This document shows positions 40,112 to 54,253 of a stretch of 64,000 nucleotides of DNA, piece after piece. The stretch comes from the human T2T-CHM13v2.0 reference genome, Homo sapiens. Every line of letters starts with the position of its first letter. Within the stretch, counting starts at the first letter, position 1. The notes under the pieces are model-generated. The model had not been told where the DNA came from, made no database searches, and was given only the letters and a program-made list of their open reading frames with translations. Location of the stretch: the NCBI RefSeq assembly GCF_009914755.1, contig NC_060947.1; one strand, given 5' to 3'. A program made the position numbers and the translations under genes.

Positions 40112-43100
40112 CTTTAAAATATTTTTTTTTTTCATTGTGCCTTTTCCTGGTTTTGGTATTAGAGTGATGCTGGCTTCACAGAATGAGTTAGGGAGGAGTC
40201 TCTCCTCCTTGACTTTTTGAAATAATTTCAGTAGGATGGGTTTCAGCTATTCTTTTTATATCTGATGGAATTTGACTGGGTATCCATCTGGTCTTGGGCT
40301 TTTTTTTAGTTAGTAGGTTTTTTATTACTGATTCAATTTAAGCACATGATATTGGTCTGTTCAGGGTTTCAATTTCTTCCTAATTCAGTCTGGGGAGGTT
40401 ATGTGTTCCTGGGAATTTATGCATTCCCTCTAGATTTTCTAGTTTGTTACATAGGAGTGTTTATTGTAGTCTCCGAGGATCTTTTGTATTTCTGTGGGAT
40501 TGGATGAAATGTCTTGTTGTTTCTGATTGTGCTTATTTGGATCTTCTCTCTTTTTTGCTCGGTTAATTTAGCTGGTGGTCAATTGATCTTGTTTGTCCTT
40601 TTAAAGAACTACTTTTCTAGTCCCTTGAGGTTCAATGTTAGATTGTTTATTTAAAATCTTTCTACTTTTTTGATGTTTATTGCCATACACTTTCCTCCTA
40701 GCATTGCTTTTGCTGTATTCCATAGATTTATGGTTTTTTGTTTGAATTTTTATTTTTTTAATTTTTAAAATTTTCTCCTTAATTTCTTTATTGACCCAAT
40801 GGTCATTCAGTAGCATGCTGTTTAATTTCCATGTATTTGTACAGTTTCCAAAGTTTATCTTCTTATTGATTTATAATTTTATTCCATTATGATCTAAGAA
40901 GGTACTTGATATGATTTTGAATTTCTTGTATTTGTTGATACTTGTTTTGTGACATAACATATGGTCTATCCTGGAGGAGTTTCCATATGCTGATAAGAAG
41001 AATGAGTATTCTACAGCTGTAGGATGAAATGTTCTGTAAATGTCTGTTAGGTCCACTTGTTCTAAAGCGCAGTTTAAAACCAATATCTCTTTGTTAATTT
41101 TTTTTCCAGATGATCTGTCTAATGATGCGAGTGGGATGTTGTTGTTCCCAGCGATTACTGTACTAAAGTCTATCTCTCCCTTTAGCTCCAATTATATTTG
41201 TTTTATATATCTGGGTGCAATGTTGGGTGCATATATACTTAGAATTGTTATATCATCTTGCCGAATTGATCCCTTTATCATTATATAATGACCTTCTTTG
41301 TCTCTTTTTACTGTTTTTGACTTAAAGTCTGTTTTATCTGATATAAGTATTGGTACCTCTGCTCATTTTTGGTTTCTGTTTATGTGGAATACCTTTTCCA
41401 ACCCTTTTACTTTCAGTCTATATGTCTTTATAGATAAGGTGAGATTCCTGTAAGCAGCATATAGTTTATGTTTTTCAGATCCTTTCAGCTAATCTATATC
41501 TTCTAAGTGAAAAGTTTAATTTGTTTCAATTCAAGTTTATTATTAGCATGTGAGGGCTTATTCCTGTCATTTTATTAATTGTTTTCTGGTTGTTTTGGAT
41601 ATTCTTTGTTCTTTTCTTTCTGTGTTATTTTTTATCATTGTAGTTTGGAAGTTTCTGTAGGGGTAACATTTGAGTCCTTTCCCTTCCTTATTTGTGTGTT
41701 TGTTCTACCAATCAGTTTTACACATTCATGTATTTTCATAATGGTAAATATCATCCTTTCACTTTCTTGTGCAGGACTCTTTAAACATTTCTTATAGGAC
41801 CAGCCTAGTGGTTATGAATTCCCTCAGGTTTTACTTGTCTGAGAAGTATTTCACTTATCTTTCACTTATGATGGCTAAGTTTACTGTGTTTAGTAAATTT
41901 GCCTGGCAGTTTTTTTTTTGTCTGCACTTTCAATGTGTCATTTCACTCCCTCCTGGCCTGTAAGGTTTTGTTGATAAATTTGTTGCTAGTTTGATGAGAA
42001 TTCCCTTATAAACGACTAGATGCTTTTCTTTTGCTGATTTTAAAATGATCTGTCTTTGGCTTTTAATATCTTGACTATAATGTACATGTAGAAGAACTTT
42101 ACGGGTTGTGTCTATTTGAGGATCTTGAGTTTTCTGTATCTGGAGGTCTAAATCTCTTGCTAGAGTTGGAAGATTTTCAGCTTTTCAGCTATTATATCAC
42201 TAAATAAGTTTTCTCTTCCTTTGCTCTTCTCTTTGCCTTCTGGGCCCCTTAAACTTCAAATATTTTGTTGCTTTATGGTGTTCCATATGTCACATATGAT
42301 TTGTTCATGCTTTTTAATTCTTTTTTTCTTTATTTTTGTCTGACTGTGTTATTTTAAAAGACCTGTCTTTAAGTTCTGAAATTCTCCTGCTTCATCCTAG
42401 TAAATTGTTGAAGATCACAAATTTAACTTTTTATTTCATTAATCAGTTATTTAGTTCAATGATTTCTGTTTGGTTCTTTTTAATATCTATTTGGTAAATT
42501 TCTCATTTGTGTCCTGAATTGTTTTCTAGTTCTTTGTATTATTTGTATTTGTTCTTTTTTTTATCTCACTCAGGTTCTTTAATATCATTGTATTGAATTT
42601 TTCCCAGGATTTCATATTTTTATTGGAATCTGTTGTTGGAGAATGATTATGTTTCTTTGGAGTTGTGATATTTCCTTGTTTTCTCATGTTTCATATAGTT
42701 ACAGTCCATCTGCTGTAACAGTTCTTTCTTCTAGTTTTTTAGACTTGCTTTTGTAGGGTAAGACTTTTTCCTGAAGATGTATATATGGTGTTGCCTGAGT
42801 AGGGCAATTTTGCTTTGGTTATAGGTGCATGCAGTAGTGTAGTCTTTGTGTAGTTTTATTTTGTACAAATAGCATCAGTGGTGTCTTTGATTTCCTCAGT
42901 GGCTTAGAGTGCAGTTATTAGAGGAGGCTATGGTGAAGTTTTCCTGGTGATTAGGACACCAGGTGAGTCCGTCCTCAGGCCCCAGTGGTGGGCCAAGCAT
43001 GCCTTTTCTTGGGTCCTCCATGGCATACACTGGCACCAGTGTTAGTGGATCCAGGCAGGCCAGTTCTTGGGCCTCCCAAGCAGCTTGCTCAAGGGAAAAC

Positions 43101-44150
43101 AATGGCAGTAATGTGCTGGTTGGGTGAGCAGCTCATTGATCCCCTAGGCAGTAGGCATGGCATAGGCAATGGTAGCACTAGTGATGGTACACTTCTCTGA
43201 AGTGGTTCACACTGGTGTCATTGGTGGCTGAGACAGGCTGGGTGGGCCAGTCTCCAGGCCCACAGGTGGCATATGTGGGTGGTTGTCAGCTGTGAGGTAG
43301 TAACTGGCTGGTTGGGTCCATTCTCAGGCCCCTGGGATGAGTATTTATGTGCCAATGATGGTGCCAGGGGTGAGGTGATCCTCAGGCCTCCAGTAGTGGG
43401 CTCAGGTGGAGGCTGCAGTATTAGTGATGGGTGAGGGGAGCCTGCCTTCAATTTTCATGCAAGTATTCTGCAGCCCTGCTGCTGGGGAGGACAGGGCTGC
43501 TGTCAGTGGAAGCAGCCATAAACTGATGACTGTGAAGCATGCCATTCAGCCCCAGACAGCAGCTGTGCATGGGGGAACCTGTCCTCAGAGTACATGTAAA
43601 TGAACAGTTGCCCCACTTCTGGGGACAATGAGGTCATTGTCAATGGTTCATATTTTAATACCAGCAGCAGCAGAGGTAGAGGTGGCAGTGGGCAGGGTAG
43701 CCTTGCCTTAAGGCATGTGCAAATGCAAGGTGACCTCATTTTATGGGGTCAGCGGGGTCACTGGCAGTAGCTCAGGCTTCAGCCCTTGTGGCAGCATCCG
43801 GCCATCACAGTGACTACAAGTGGGCTATGCAAATAGTGCTCCAGAATTGCGGAGATACCGGCATTGCTGGGCCTCATGGCAGGATTTAGTCTAGTGGGTG
43901 CTGGGCTCTCAAAATGGCCCTGTTCTATAGCTGCTTAGGACTTGGGAGTGTGTAGGACCCAGTGTGAGCCTCTTTTGTGGAACAGTGTGTTTACACAGTC
44001 AACAAGGCAGGTTTCTATGTTAGTCTCAGGGCCTGCAAAGGTCGAGGGGCTCTTGCAGGGCTAGGATTTTGGGAGTCTGTGGTGGGGATGTAGATGACTA
44101 GGGATTTCTCACTTACTCTTTCCCCACACTGGAAATCCTCTCCTCAAGCT
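40112..44150 (-). mobile_element. L1M/L1MA-type 5' portion (5' UTR, ORF1, ORF2 EN to start of RT), 3'-truncated
   Basis: ORF 40871-41191 reads LKGEID..TVIAG..NIPLASLDRSS.KKINKE...DLTDIYRTFHP...RIDHML.HKT (L1 endonuclease); GC-richer 5' UTR at 42900-44150. Confidence 0.9.
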
Positions 44151-44629
44151 AAAGTTTTGAGTGCCAGATTAAGTTTAGAATCCAAAGTAACAGATGCAAT
44201 GCCAAATCTGGAAGGAAGTCGGAGAATAATTTGTGAAAAACTAAACGAAGATTCAGAAACTGGATGGGAGTAGAGAGTGTAATTCAGATAGAAGAGTGAA
44301 ACTATGGATCATTTTGGGTACTTTGAGCTCATGTATATATTTTGATAAATATGTAGTGTGGTGGTATATCAGCTGGCTGAAAGAAAAATTTCAAGATAGT
44401 CAAACAAAGAACTAGGGGCAATGATGGGCTGGGTGGATAAGCAGGTCATGGATCATAAAGCTCTTTTTGCTTTATGTTTTATTATTTTCCCTGGGCCCCA
44501 AGTTATAGTATTTCCCATGCATAGCTCATCCTTGTTTAAAAAAAGATTTATACAGACCCAAACATAAAGAAAGAATGAGATGAATCTGAGGAAAATAAAC
44601 ATATTATATGTAGAACATACATTTGTTAT

Positions 44630-45266
44630 ATTACCCATCAATTGTACTCCTGAGTTTCATACCACAGTAATGATTATCCACACACAAACCTGTGCATGGT
44701 TGTTACTATTGAGCTAATTTGCAATATTCAAAAACTAGAAATAACGACAGTGTCCCTGAATGATTGACAAATGATGGTATATTCATGCCACAGAATACTA
44801 CTCAGACATAAAAATAAATTATTGCTATACTCAACAACTTTAGTGAATACCAAGGATATTATACTGAATGATAAAAGAACCTCAAGAGGTCACATACTGT
44901 ATTATTTTTCTATATAACATTTTATAAGTGATGAAACTATAGAGATGGAAAGCAGGTCAGTGGTTGTCAAGGATTAGCCATGGTGGAAAAGAGAATGGTG
45001 GATGTGACTGTAAAAAGATAGGATAAGGTAGATTATTGTGGTGATGGAATGTTCTGTGTCTCGATTGTGGTGGTGTTTATACAAATCTACATGTATGACA
45101 AAATGACATAGAAGTATATACTCACATTGTATCAAGTTGATTTCCTGGTTTTGATTTTGTATTATATAAGATGTTACCATTATAGGAAATGGGTCGAGGG
45201 TACATGGACCTCTCTGTATTATTTTCAAAACTTCCTGGAATTCTAAAATTATTTCCAAAAAAATTT
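44630..45266 (+). mobile_element. L1MC/L1MD-type 3' end
   Basis: AGAATACTACTCAG, GGTCACATACTGTAT, AAGATGTTACCATT.TAGGAAATGGG..GAGGGTACATGGACCTCTCTGTATTATTTT. Confidence 0.8.
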
Positions 45267-47364
45267 AGAAGTATTTGTGACAAAGAGTGCCTGGATTATG
45301 TAAGAGAGTGCAGAGTTTTAATATGGAAATAATTCATCAGAGGACTAAAACTATACATTTAAGGCAGGATGATTGTGTGTTTCTATAGTTACTATTTTCT
45401 AATATATTGTATTTTAGATGAATTACCAATAGCAAATCATACAAATAGCTGGATCTAAAGAGAATATATAAAGTCAGAACAAATAAATGGTCAGATACCA
45501 GAGCCATGGTATTCTGAATCCTTCATGTAGTAAAATTAACCTTTTAAGTGTGAATAAATTATCGATTCACCTCTGAATGAGGCAAAGAACCACACAAAGT
45601 AAACACCATAATGTTTTCAAGACCTTATGCCTGTTCAGTATTAGAATGACTGTTCATGAATGGAGAGAAAGTGAAGTGGTATTATGGATAAAGCAATAAA
45701 TAACATAAGGTAAAATAAAATAAGACAAAACAAAACAAGGAAAGCGAGCACTCAGGAAAGATGATGATGTATTGTAAACATCTGGGGTATTATATATATC
45801 AAGTAAACTGTGAAACTAAAGTCCAAAAGGAAAAACAAAGACCAAAAATAAAACAAAAAGCACTTGGCAAAGACATGTAATCTTTTAATTTTTTTCTGAA
45901 TAAATTTACGATGAAGTAAAAACCAGTATCTTTCAGCTGTATGAATACAAAGATATAAGCATTTCTGTGAGCACTACTTTACATCTTAGGGTCTTCCTTA
46001 AAGAAAATAAAGGAACAATTACAGGACAGGGCAGCATAATCAAACATTTTTTTCCTAAGTAAATCTGCAGTTTATTTGTAAAATAGGCAAAAAAAAAATC
46101 AGGAAGTTGTTAGAGTAAATAACCATTTTTAGTGCTTTTTGTGTTAATATGCAAGGGAGGGAAAGCAAATGGAAAACGGACATATGGAACAGATTTGTTG
46201 AAGCAGGCCCCGTTGGCAAACTCGATTCTATTGCTTTGTTCATTGTCTACATTCAAATCCAAACACATTAGTTTCTCCTTTATAGTGACTTTGTTTCCAT
46301 GACATCAAAACACTATTCAGTTTAGGGAAAAACAATCTGTACAGCAAGGTGAGAGTCATGAAGTTTATACAGTCAACTCCCTGAATATATAAATGTGGAT
46401 TTGTGCATGTGTGAAACCTTGACTGATGTTTCAAATTTGACCTTCTAATCCCGGTAAAATTTTTATTTGAATTTGGTGTTTTCAAGACCGACAAAGAATC
46501 TCATCAATAATTTGTAACATTTGTGAACACAAATTTAATTTTTTTTAGTCTTTGTTAACTGTTAGTTTAAATCTGCATTCTTTTCTGACTAGGTTTACCA
46601 TCAAAAGCACAAATTTGTAAAGAATGTATTCACTTCTTATGTATGTTGATGACAGAAGATTGAAAATCCCAATGAATCAAAACCTTTTATGCTTGTAGGA
46701 TTACTTCTTGCCATCATTGTCTTTTTTTTTCCCTGAAGCAGCCAAGAAAATAAAAGTGTTCTGCAATCAATTTACCAATAAATACCCAGAGGTGACTTTG
46801 TAGCCAAAAGATATCCACAATAATGTTGCATCTAGGATTTCTCAAACACTGAGACACCTGTTAACGATTTTTAACAAAATATTGTAAAGATTGAGAGTTC
46901 ATTTCAACATTATATGTTGTAATGCATCGATTAGCAGTGTTAGACAGAAAAAGTGGATGTTTTGGTTACATATATATTACAACTCTGAGGAAACAATTCT
47001 ATCTAAAGTTTATTTTCTGAAGGAGTTAATATTCACTAATTCAACTCCAATCTTTTCCCTGGATTAATTTATCTTCTCTCCTTCAATATATATTACATTT
47101 TTGCCTTTCTAGTCCACACCCAACTCATACTCAACATATATATATATGTATGTACACAACAAATATATATATACACACACACCTGATAGTCATGGATGAT
47201 AGATTAATAGAGTTGAGTACTTCACTTAAAAAATAGTTGTTAATGTTGCTGAATGTGGATTCATTTCACTGAACCTAACCACTGCATAGTACATACACAC
47301 ATATGTTATTATATTGATCTATATGCTAATTTTTCTCAGATATATTTAGATTGGATTGATGTAA

Positions 47365-47480
47365 TGGATTGTATGATGATGTTTCTCAGTTTATTCAGAA
47401 TAATCTCAGTTTATGCCAATTATCCTAGGATAGTTATGAAGTGTCACAGTTTATATGATAAATTATAGAATCATTCTAGA
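47365..47480. mobile_element. MER96-like hAT transposon remnant
   Basis: Repeated CAGTTTAT subunits and end motif AAGTGTCACAGTTTATATGATAAATTATA resemble the remembered MER96 consensus. Confidence 0.45.
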
Positions 47481-47499
47481 CACGGGATGTGTGTATATT

Positions 47500-48760
47500 T
47501 AATTTAGCTAAGCAGTCTCTAGATTATATCTAATACTTTATACTTCTTTCGGAACATGAGGATTCCTGTTTCAACACATTCTATCAAGATTTACCAGTAA
47601 CTGACTTTCAGATTTCTGCAACTCTGATGGCTATAAGAAGTCTCTCTTTGCAGTTTTAAATTGCATGTTTCTCTAATTGCTACGGAGATTTGGTGGTACT
47701 TTAATTTATTTAGTTTTAGCCTTTTAAGGTTTTCCACTTGTGAATTAACTACTTATTGCCTATGTGCATTTTATATTGGATGTTCTGTCTTATATTCTAA
47801 ATATTAACCACTTTTCAATTTTCGATATTATAAATACCATTCCTTAGCCTGTTATATATCTGTTAACATTGTATATAATGTCCTTTATTGAATAAAAATC
47901 TGTAACTTTTGATGCATTCAATCAAATTAATCAATATTTTGGCCTAAGTTTTCTCCTTTGTGGAATATTATTGAAGAAGTGTATCCCCATTCCAAAATAA
48001 CAAAGTCATTTTTCTGTAATTTATTTTATTATTAAGTTGACTGTTTGTTTACTACATATTAAAATATTTAATTATCTAAAGTGCACTTTGGAATAATAGT
48101 AAAGGATTACCTTTATTATTTTGTTTACATATTGATCCAGGTTCCCAAAGCCAACTACTAAATATTACAACATTTCCATATCCACTTTTGGTGGTCCATT
48201 TGTAATATATTCATTCCTATGTACATATAGCACTGTGTTTAAACTTGTATTCCACTCCATTGCTCTATTTATTCTTTAGTGCACCAATGTCAGATTGTTT
48301 CGTTTTGTGTTTTGCTATGACTCTGTAGATTGTTGTGAAATATATAGCGGAGAGCCTCTGTTCTTTGAAACCTCTTATTTATTCCATACATAGTATTTAC
48401 ATGCACCTGATTTTCAGATACATTCTATAAGATATTTAAGTGCATTGAAACTCCAGCTGTTAGTGTTAGTTAGACACAGAATGGAAGAAGATTGTGGATT
48501 GGACAACTTTGCTAATCTCTCTTGTTAGAGCCAATAGTTTGCCTATTGATGCTGTTCAATTTTCTGTGTGGATAATTACATCATGTGAGAATTTAACAGT
48601 TTTTTTCCTCGTTTATTTTTCATAATTCTGTTCCCTATTTCTTCCATCGACCAGGATCTACAGTTCTATATCAAATAGAATAAGTGGCAGCAGGAACCAT
48701 TTTTATGTTTTAAATCTCAAACTGATTAGGTCTAAAGATTTTAATGTCCCTTTCTTTGTT
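47500..48760 (-). mobile_element. Old L1ME-type ORF2 remnant
   Basis: T-rich strand with GTTTTAAATTGCATGTTTCTCTAATT, GAATAAGTGGCAGCAGGAACCAT and other degenerate reverse-ORF2 motifs. Confidence 0.55.
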
Positions 48761-49100
48761 TTAATATAATTTTTAAATATATAGATGGGTTTTGTTTAAT
48801 GATAGCTTTTGTTGTGGTAAATTCTCTTTTGGTCATAGTTGTCATTTAAGGAATTGAACATTGAGGTTTTTGTTTTCATTAAGGTAATAAGCATTTATCT
48901 ATTTGTTTGAACATTTTAATCTTATGTTAACCTTATCTTTTTCTGATGAGTATCAGTTTCTAAGAAAAAAATTAAAAATTTCAAGGAAAATTATTAATAT
49001 ATCCGTTCTCTTCATATTTTCCCTGTTGTTGCTTTACTTAATTTGAGGGCATGTTATTGTGTGCATATATTCATGATTACTTTCTCATCTCTACTGTTTT

Positions 49101-49131
<31 letters not shown>

Positions 49132-50564
49132 TCAAATAATTCTCCGTTTTTATAAACCTTCCCAACATTTAGTTCCACTAGTACCCAGCAATGCCAGTTT
49201 GGAGAATAGAGATGTGTATGTCAGATTGGTTATCAGGTTCACCCATTGTAACAAAACTAATTGAATTTCCACTCATCCATCTGCTGCTCACCTTTCAAAA
49301 TTTTGTTGCCTTTTTTAATCTTCTGTGCTGTTCTCTTTGTTTATATCTTTGAAAAAATTTCCTCATTTTTAATAGAATGCCAGGAGAATGAAAAATTACA
49401 TGCATTTGTTTAATGTATTATTTTACCAGGATGCTCCCATTAGTATTTTTTCAAAAAGTTCTACTTGTTAACTTGCTGTCATCATTTTTTTTCGCTTTCT
49501 TGGACTTTAAATATGATGATATTAATGCTCTTAATCTTATCCTCTAGTTATCTTACATACTCTACTTCCCATTTTTATCCTCTTTTATGCCTTCTGAGAG
49601 GTATCCTAAAACTGTTCTTCTATTTCTTAAAGTGATTTTTATGTCTGTCTTGTCTTTCATTTGGGAGACTTTTCACTGTTTTTTTTATTGCTAATTATCA
49701 CCGATAGGTTGTTTTATTCTCATCCTTCTCTTCCAACTTTTATTTTAGGTTCAGGGGATTACATGTGTATGTTTGTTACATGGTTAAATTGCATGTTGCT
49801 GGGGTTTGGTGTACAAATAATTTCATCACCCAGGTAGCGAGCATAGTACCCAATAGGTAGTTTTCAAGTCTCACCCTCCTCTCAGTCCACCTTCAAGTAG
49901 ACCCTGGCGTCTGTTGTTTCCTTCTTTGGGTCTATGTGCACTCAGTGTTTAGCCCCCACTTACAAGTGAGAACATGCAGTATTTGTTTTATTGTTCCTGC
50001 ATTATTTCACTTAGGATAATGGCCTCCAGCTGCATCCATGTTGCTGCAAAGGACATGATTTCATTGGTTTGTATGGCTGTGTAGTACTCCATCATGTATA
50101 TGTACCACATTGTCATTATCCAATCAACCTTGATGGGTATCTAGGTTGACTTCATGTCTTTGCTATTATTAATAGTGCTACAATGAACATACTATATGTC
50201 ATGTGTCTATATGGTAGAACAATTTATATTTCTTTGGGTATATACCCAGTGACGAGATTGCTAATCAAATGGTAGTTTTTTTTTTTAAATTCCTTGAGAA
50301 ATTACCAAACTGTTTTCCACAATGGTGAACTAATTTACATTCCCATTAGCAGTGTATAAGCATTCCCTTTTCTCTGTATCCTCACCAGCATCTGTTATTT
50401 TTTGACTTTTTAATAATAGCCATTTTGAGTGGTGTGAGATGGTACTTATTGTGGTTTTGATTTGCATTTCTTTAATTATTAGTGATGTTATCTTTCTTTC
50501 ATATGCTTGTTTGCTGCATGTATGTCTTCTTTTGAGAAGTGTTTGTTCATATACTTTGCCCATT

Positions 50565-50736
50565 TTTTATTTTACTTATTTATTTATTTTGAGACATTGT
50601 CTCACTCTGTCACGCAGGCTGGAGTGCAGTTGTGCCATCTCAGCTCACTGCAAACTTTGCCTCCTGGGCTCAAGGATCTTTCCACTTCAACCTCCTGAAT
50701 AGCTGGGACTACAGGTGTGTACTACCACACTCAGCT
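50565..50736 (-). mobile_element. Alu right monomer (FRAM or 5'-truncated AluJ)
   Basis: (TTTA)n tail plus right arm only; TSD ATACTTTGCCCATT (50551-50564) / ATGCTCTGCCCATT (50737-50750). Confidence 0.9.
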
Positions 50737-51211
50737 ATGCTCTGCCCATTGTTAATGGAGTTGTTTGATTTTGCTTGTTAATTTAAGTTCCTTATAGATT
50801 CTGGATATAAGACCTTTTCAGATGCATAGTTTGCAAATATTTCCTCCCATTCTGTAGGTTGTCTGTTTACTCTGTTGATTATTTCTTTTGCTGTGCAGAA
50901 GCTCTTTAATTAGGTCCCATTTGTCAATTTTTATTTTTGTTGCATTTGCTTTTGGAGTCTTTCTCATGAAGCCTTTGCCAGGGCCTATGTCCATAACTGT
51001 ATTTCTTTAGTTTCCATCTAGGTTTTCTTAGTTTTAGATTTTACATTTAAGTCTTTAATTCATGTTGACTTGATTTTTTGTATTTGGTGAAAGAAAGGTG
51101 TCCAGTTTCAATCTTCTGCATATGGCTGGCCAGTTATCCCAGCACCATTTATTGCATAGGGAACACTTTCCTCATTGTTTGTTGTTGTTGACTATTTCAA
51201 AGATCAGATGG

Positions 51212-51577
51212 TGATGTGGTTTGGCTCTGTGTCCCCACCGAAATCTTACCTTGAATTGTAATCCCCATAATCCCCACATGTCAAAGGTGGGACCAGGTGG
51301 AGGTAATTGAAGCTTGAAGGCAGTTTTCTCCATGCTGTTCTTGTGATAATGAGTTAGTCTCCCCATATCTGATGGTTGTATAAGTGTCTGGCATTTCCTC
51401 TGCTTGCACTCATACTCTCTCCTGCCTCCCTGTGAAGAGGTGGCTTCCGTCATGATTGTAAGTTTCCTGAGGCCTGCCCAGCCATGTGTGCAACTGTGAG
51501 TCAATTAAACCTCTTCTCTTTATAAGTTATTCAGTCTTGGGCAGTTCTTTATGGCAGCATGAAAATGGGCCAGTACA
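51212..51577 (+). mobile_element. THE1D-like solo LTR
   Basis: TGATGTGGTTTGGCTCTGTGTCCCCACC...CCAGTACA; TSD GATGG/AATGG. Confidence 0.92.
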
Positions 51578-53546
51578 AATGGTTATAGGTGTTTGGCTCT
51601 ATCTCTGGGTTCTCTGTTTGATTGCTTTGGTCTATGTGTCTATTTTTGTACTACTACCATGCTGTTTTGTTTACAGTAGCCCTGTGGTATAGTTTGAAGT
51701 CTGGTAATGTGGTGTTTCCAGCTTTCTTCTTTTTGCTTAGGGTTGCTTTGCTATTCAGGCTCTTTTATGGTTGCATATAAATTTTAGCATAGTTTTTCTA
51801 ATTCTGTGAAAAATGTAATTGATAGTTTGATAAGAATAGCATTGAATCTGTAAATTTCTTTGGAGAATATGGTCATTTTAACAGTATTGATTCTTCCTAT
51901 TTGATCAGTTATTTTAATTGTTTTCTCTCTTTCAGCTTTCACATATACTTCCATGTCATTTTGAACTCACTTGTTAAACTCATTTTAACTCTTATTATCT
52001 CTGGTCTATTGAATCTGGTATTTCCATTTATTTGTTGTCTTTCTTTCATGATTTCTGGGCTCCTTACATGAGCTTCTTCTCGTTCCTTTTGTTTGTTTGT
52101 TTGTTTTTTCCCATGGACATATATATTCTTCGCTATTGCTACTTAGTCTGGTAATAAGTAGTTGCAGGGAAGTTAGATAGTACAGGCCCTAACCTGAGGC
52201 CCTCTTGGTGAGTTTAGGGGAAACAAAACATTCTCTTCTGGGCTATTTTTTATGTTTTAGATTGCATAATCACAAAAAAAATCTGGAAAAATAATTAAAA
52301 AAAAGAACATGAGTGCTAATTTATCTTGTTTCCTGATAATGATTCCTGTGACAGCAGATACTCTGCATAGGTCAATTTCTGTGAAGAGGGAGTTATTACA
52401 TGAAGGAGTCTTCGGATAGTATGCTTTTGAATATAACAATTTTTGTGAGAGTATCTCTCTCCTAGTATCTGCCTTTTCTTGAGATTTTAAATGTGAAAGG
52501 ATGATTTTTCATTGTTTCAACAAGTTTTGCTGATTTCCTTTTTCCTTTTCTCCATGATGATCAGAGGAGTGCATTCTCATTATTGTAAACTCGGAAAACT
52601 TGGAATGGTTAAAAAAAAAACACAAAATGATTTAAAAGCCATAACCAGTGATTTGTAATTGAATAAAATACTACACTCCATTTAAAATGATGCCAATACA
52701 TTTGACCATTTCTTCTTGGCATTATATTTCCTCAAAATCACTTTTGTATATATTAATAAAAGATCCATAATTTCAAAGAAACATGTAACTTATCAACTAC
52801 CTTATCTGTGGAAATGTAGTTTGTTTTCAATTTTTGTTATTATAAATAATGTTTTGATAAAGTCTTTGTACATAAATAGCAATGCTCTCATTTTCTTGGG
52901 AGACAGTCTTAAACATAGAAGTAGTGTTAAAATGTATGAGTTATTTTGTAGATTTTTGTTACACCAAAACAATAAACTTTCTTTGCCCATCAATGCAAAT
53001 TATAGAAATTGTGATCAAATATGGCATTTTATTTTCAATTAACCTAGATGTCTACTCAGAATTCTTCCCAACACAGCCACTAATCTACTACAAATAAAAC
53101 ATTTAACAATTATCTTTAGTCTGTATTAGGAATTGAGGATCTAAATTGAGTTTCTACAAAATATTCCCCGATTTTTTATCATTTATTAACAACCACATTT
53201 CACTTAATTTTTTGATAGTGTTAAGATTATTCAGTTTTTGTACATGTTTAGCAGCATCCCTTTTTGGACCCTATATTATGACTGATTGATTTAGCTAGGG
53301 ACTCCTGCACAAGTGATACCATGCTTCAAATCATTGAGCTTCACAGTATTTTGTAGTGTTAGTTTTACCATATGTTTTTACTCTTCTCTAAAGTAGTCTT
53401 GACTTTACTTGCTTATTTTTTGCAAGTAAAATTTAGAAATATGTTGATAATCTAAAAATGGATTCCATTGTTACATTTATTAGACATGATTTAAATGTAT
53501 ACAATAATTTTGAAAGAAATTCTGTCATTTCCTTGTGCATACTTCC

Positions 53547-53948
53547 TGCTATGGTTTGGATCATGATGCCCTTCTAAAATTTATACGGAAATTAATCCCC
53601 ATTTGGTAGTATTAAGAGGTGGTGCCTTATGGGGAAGTGATTTATTCATGAGGACTCTACCTTCGTAAATGAGATTACCACTCTTATAAAAGAGCTTGAG
53701 ATTGAAAGGAGCACTCTTTTGCCCTTTCCACCCTTTTCACCATGTGAGAACACAGCATTTCTCCCTTTTGGAGGATGTAGCGACAAAGCACTCTTATGGA
53801 ATCAGAGAGCCTCACTGCATACACAATCTGCTGGTACCTTGATCTTGCACTTCCCAGCCTTCAGAACTGCAAGAAATAACTTTTTTCTTTATAAATTACT
53901 CAGTCTCAAGCAAGTATTCTCTTATAGCAGCACAAATGGTCTGACACA
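53547..53948 (+). mobile_element. MSTD/MLT1A-like MaLR solo LTR
   Basis: TGCTATGGTTTG...GTATTAAGAGGTGG...CCTTGATCTTGCACTTCCCAGCCT.CAGAACTG...TATAGCAGCACAAATGG. Confidence 0.85.
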
Positions 53949-54253
53949 ATTTCCATCCAAGAGTATATTTTCTCTCTTTATTCCACTTTTGTGTGCTCAG
54001 ATAATTTTGTTACCTCAATACATTTTTACAGTTTTATGCACGCAAGATATGTGTATTTCTTTTCAGAAGCAGCATAATTCTGCTCTGCTTTGTTGGTGTA
54101 ATAAAATAGTTATCTATTACATTTTCTAAATGGATAACTTGCATATGTTAAAACTTTCAATTTGGTATATTTATTAAACACCATCAAATAATGGTTCAAG
54201 AAGTTCTATAAAGCCCAGGTGAGATAAGTAAAAACAAATCCCAGCATACAGTA

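Larger units (their letters stand above)
49730..51900 (-). mobile_element. 5'-truncated L1PA15/16-like element with nested Alu and THE1 LTR
   Basis: TTCCAACTTTTATTTTAGGTTCAGGGG 3' end; reverse ORF2 sequence continuous across the two insertions to CAGTATTGATTCTTCCTAT. Confidence 0.9.
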
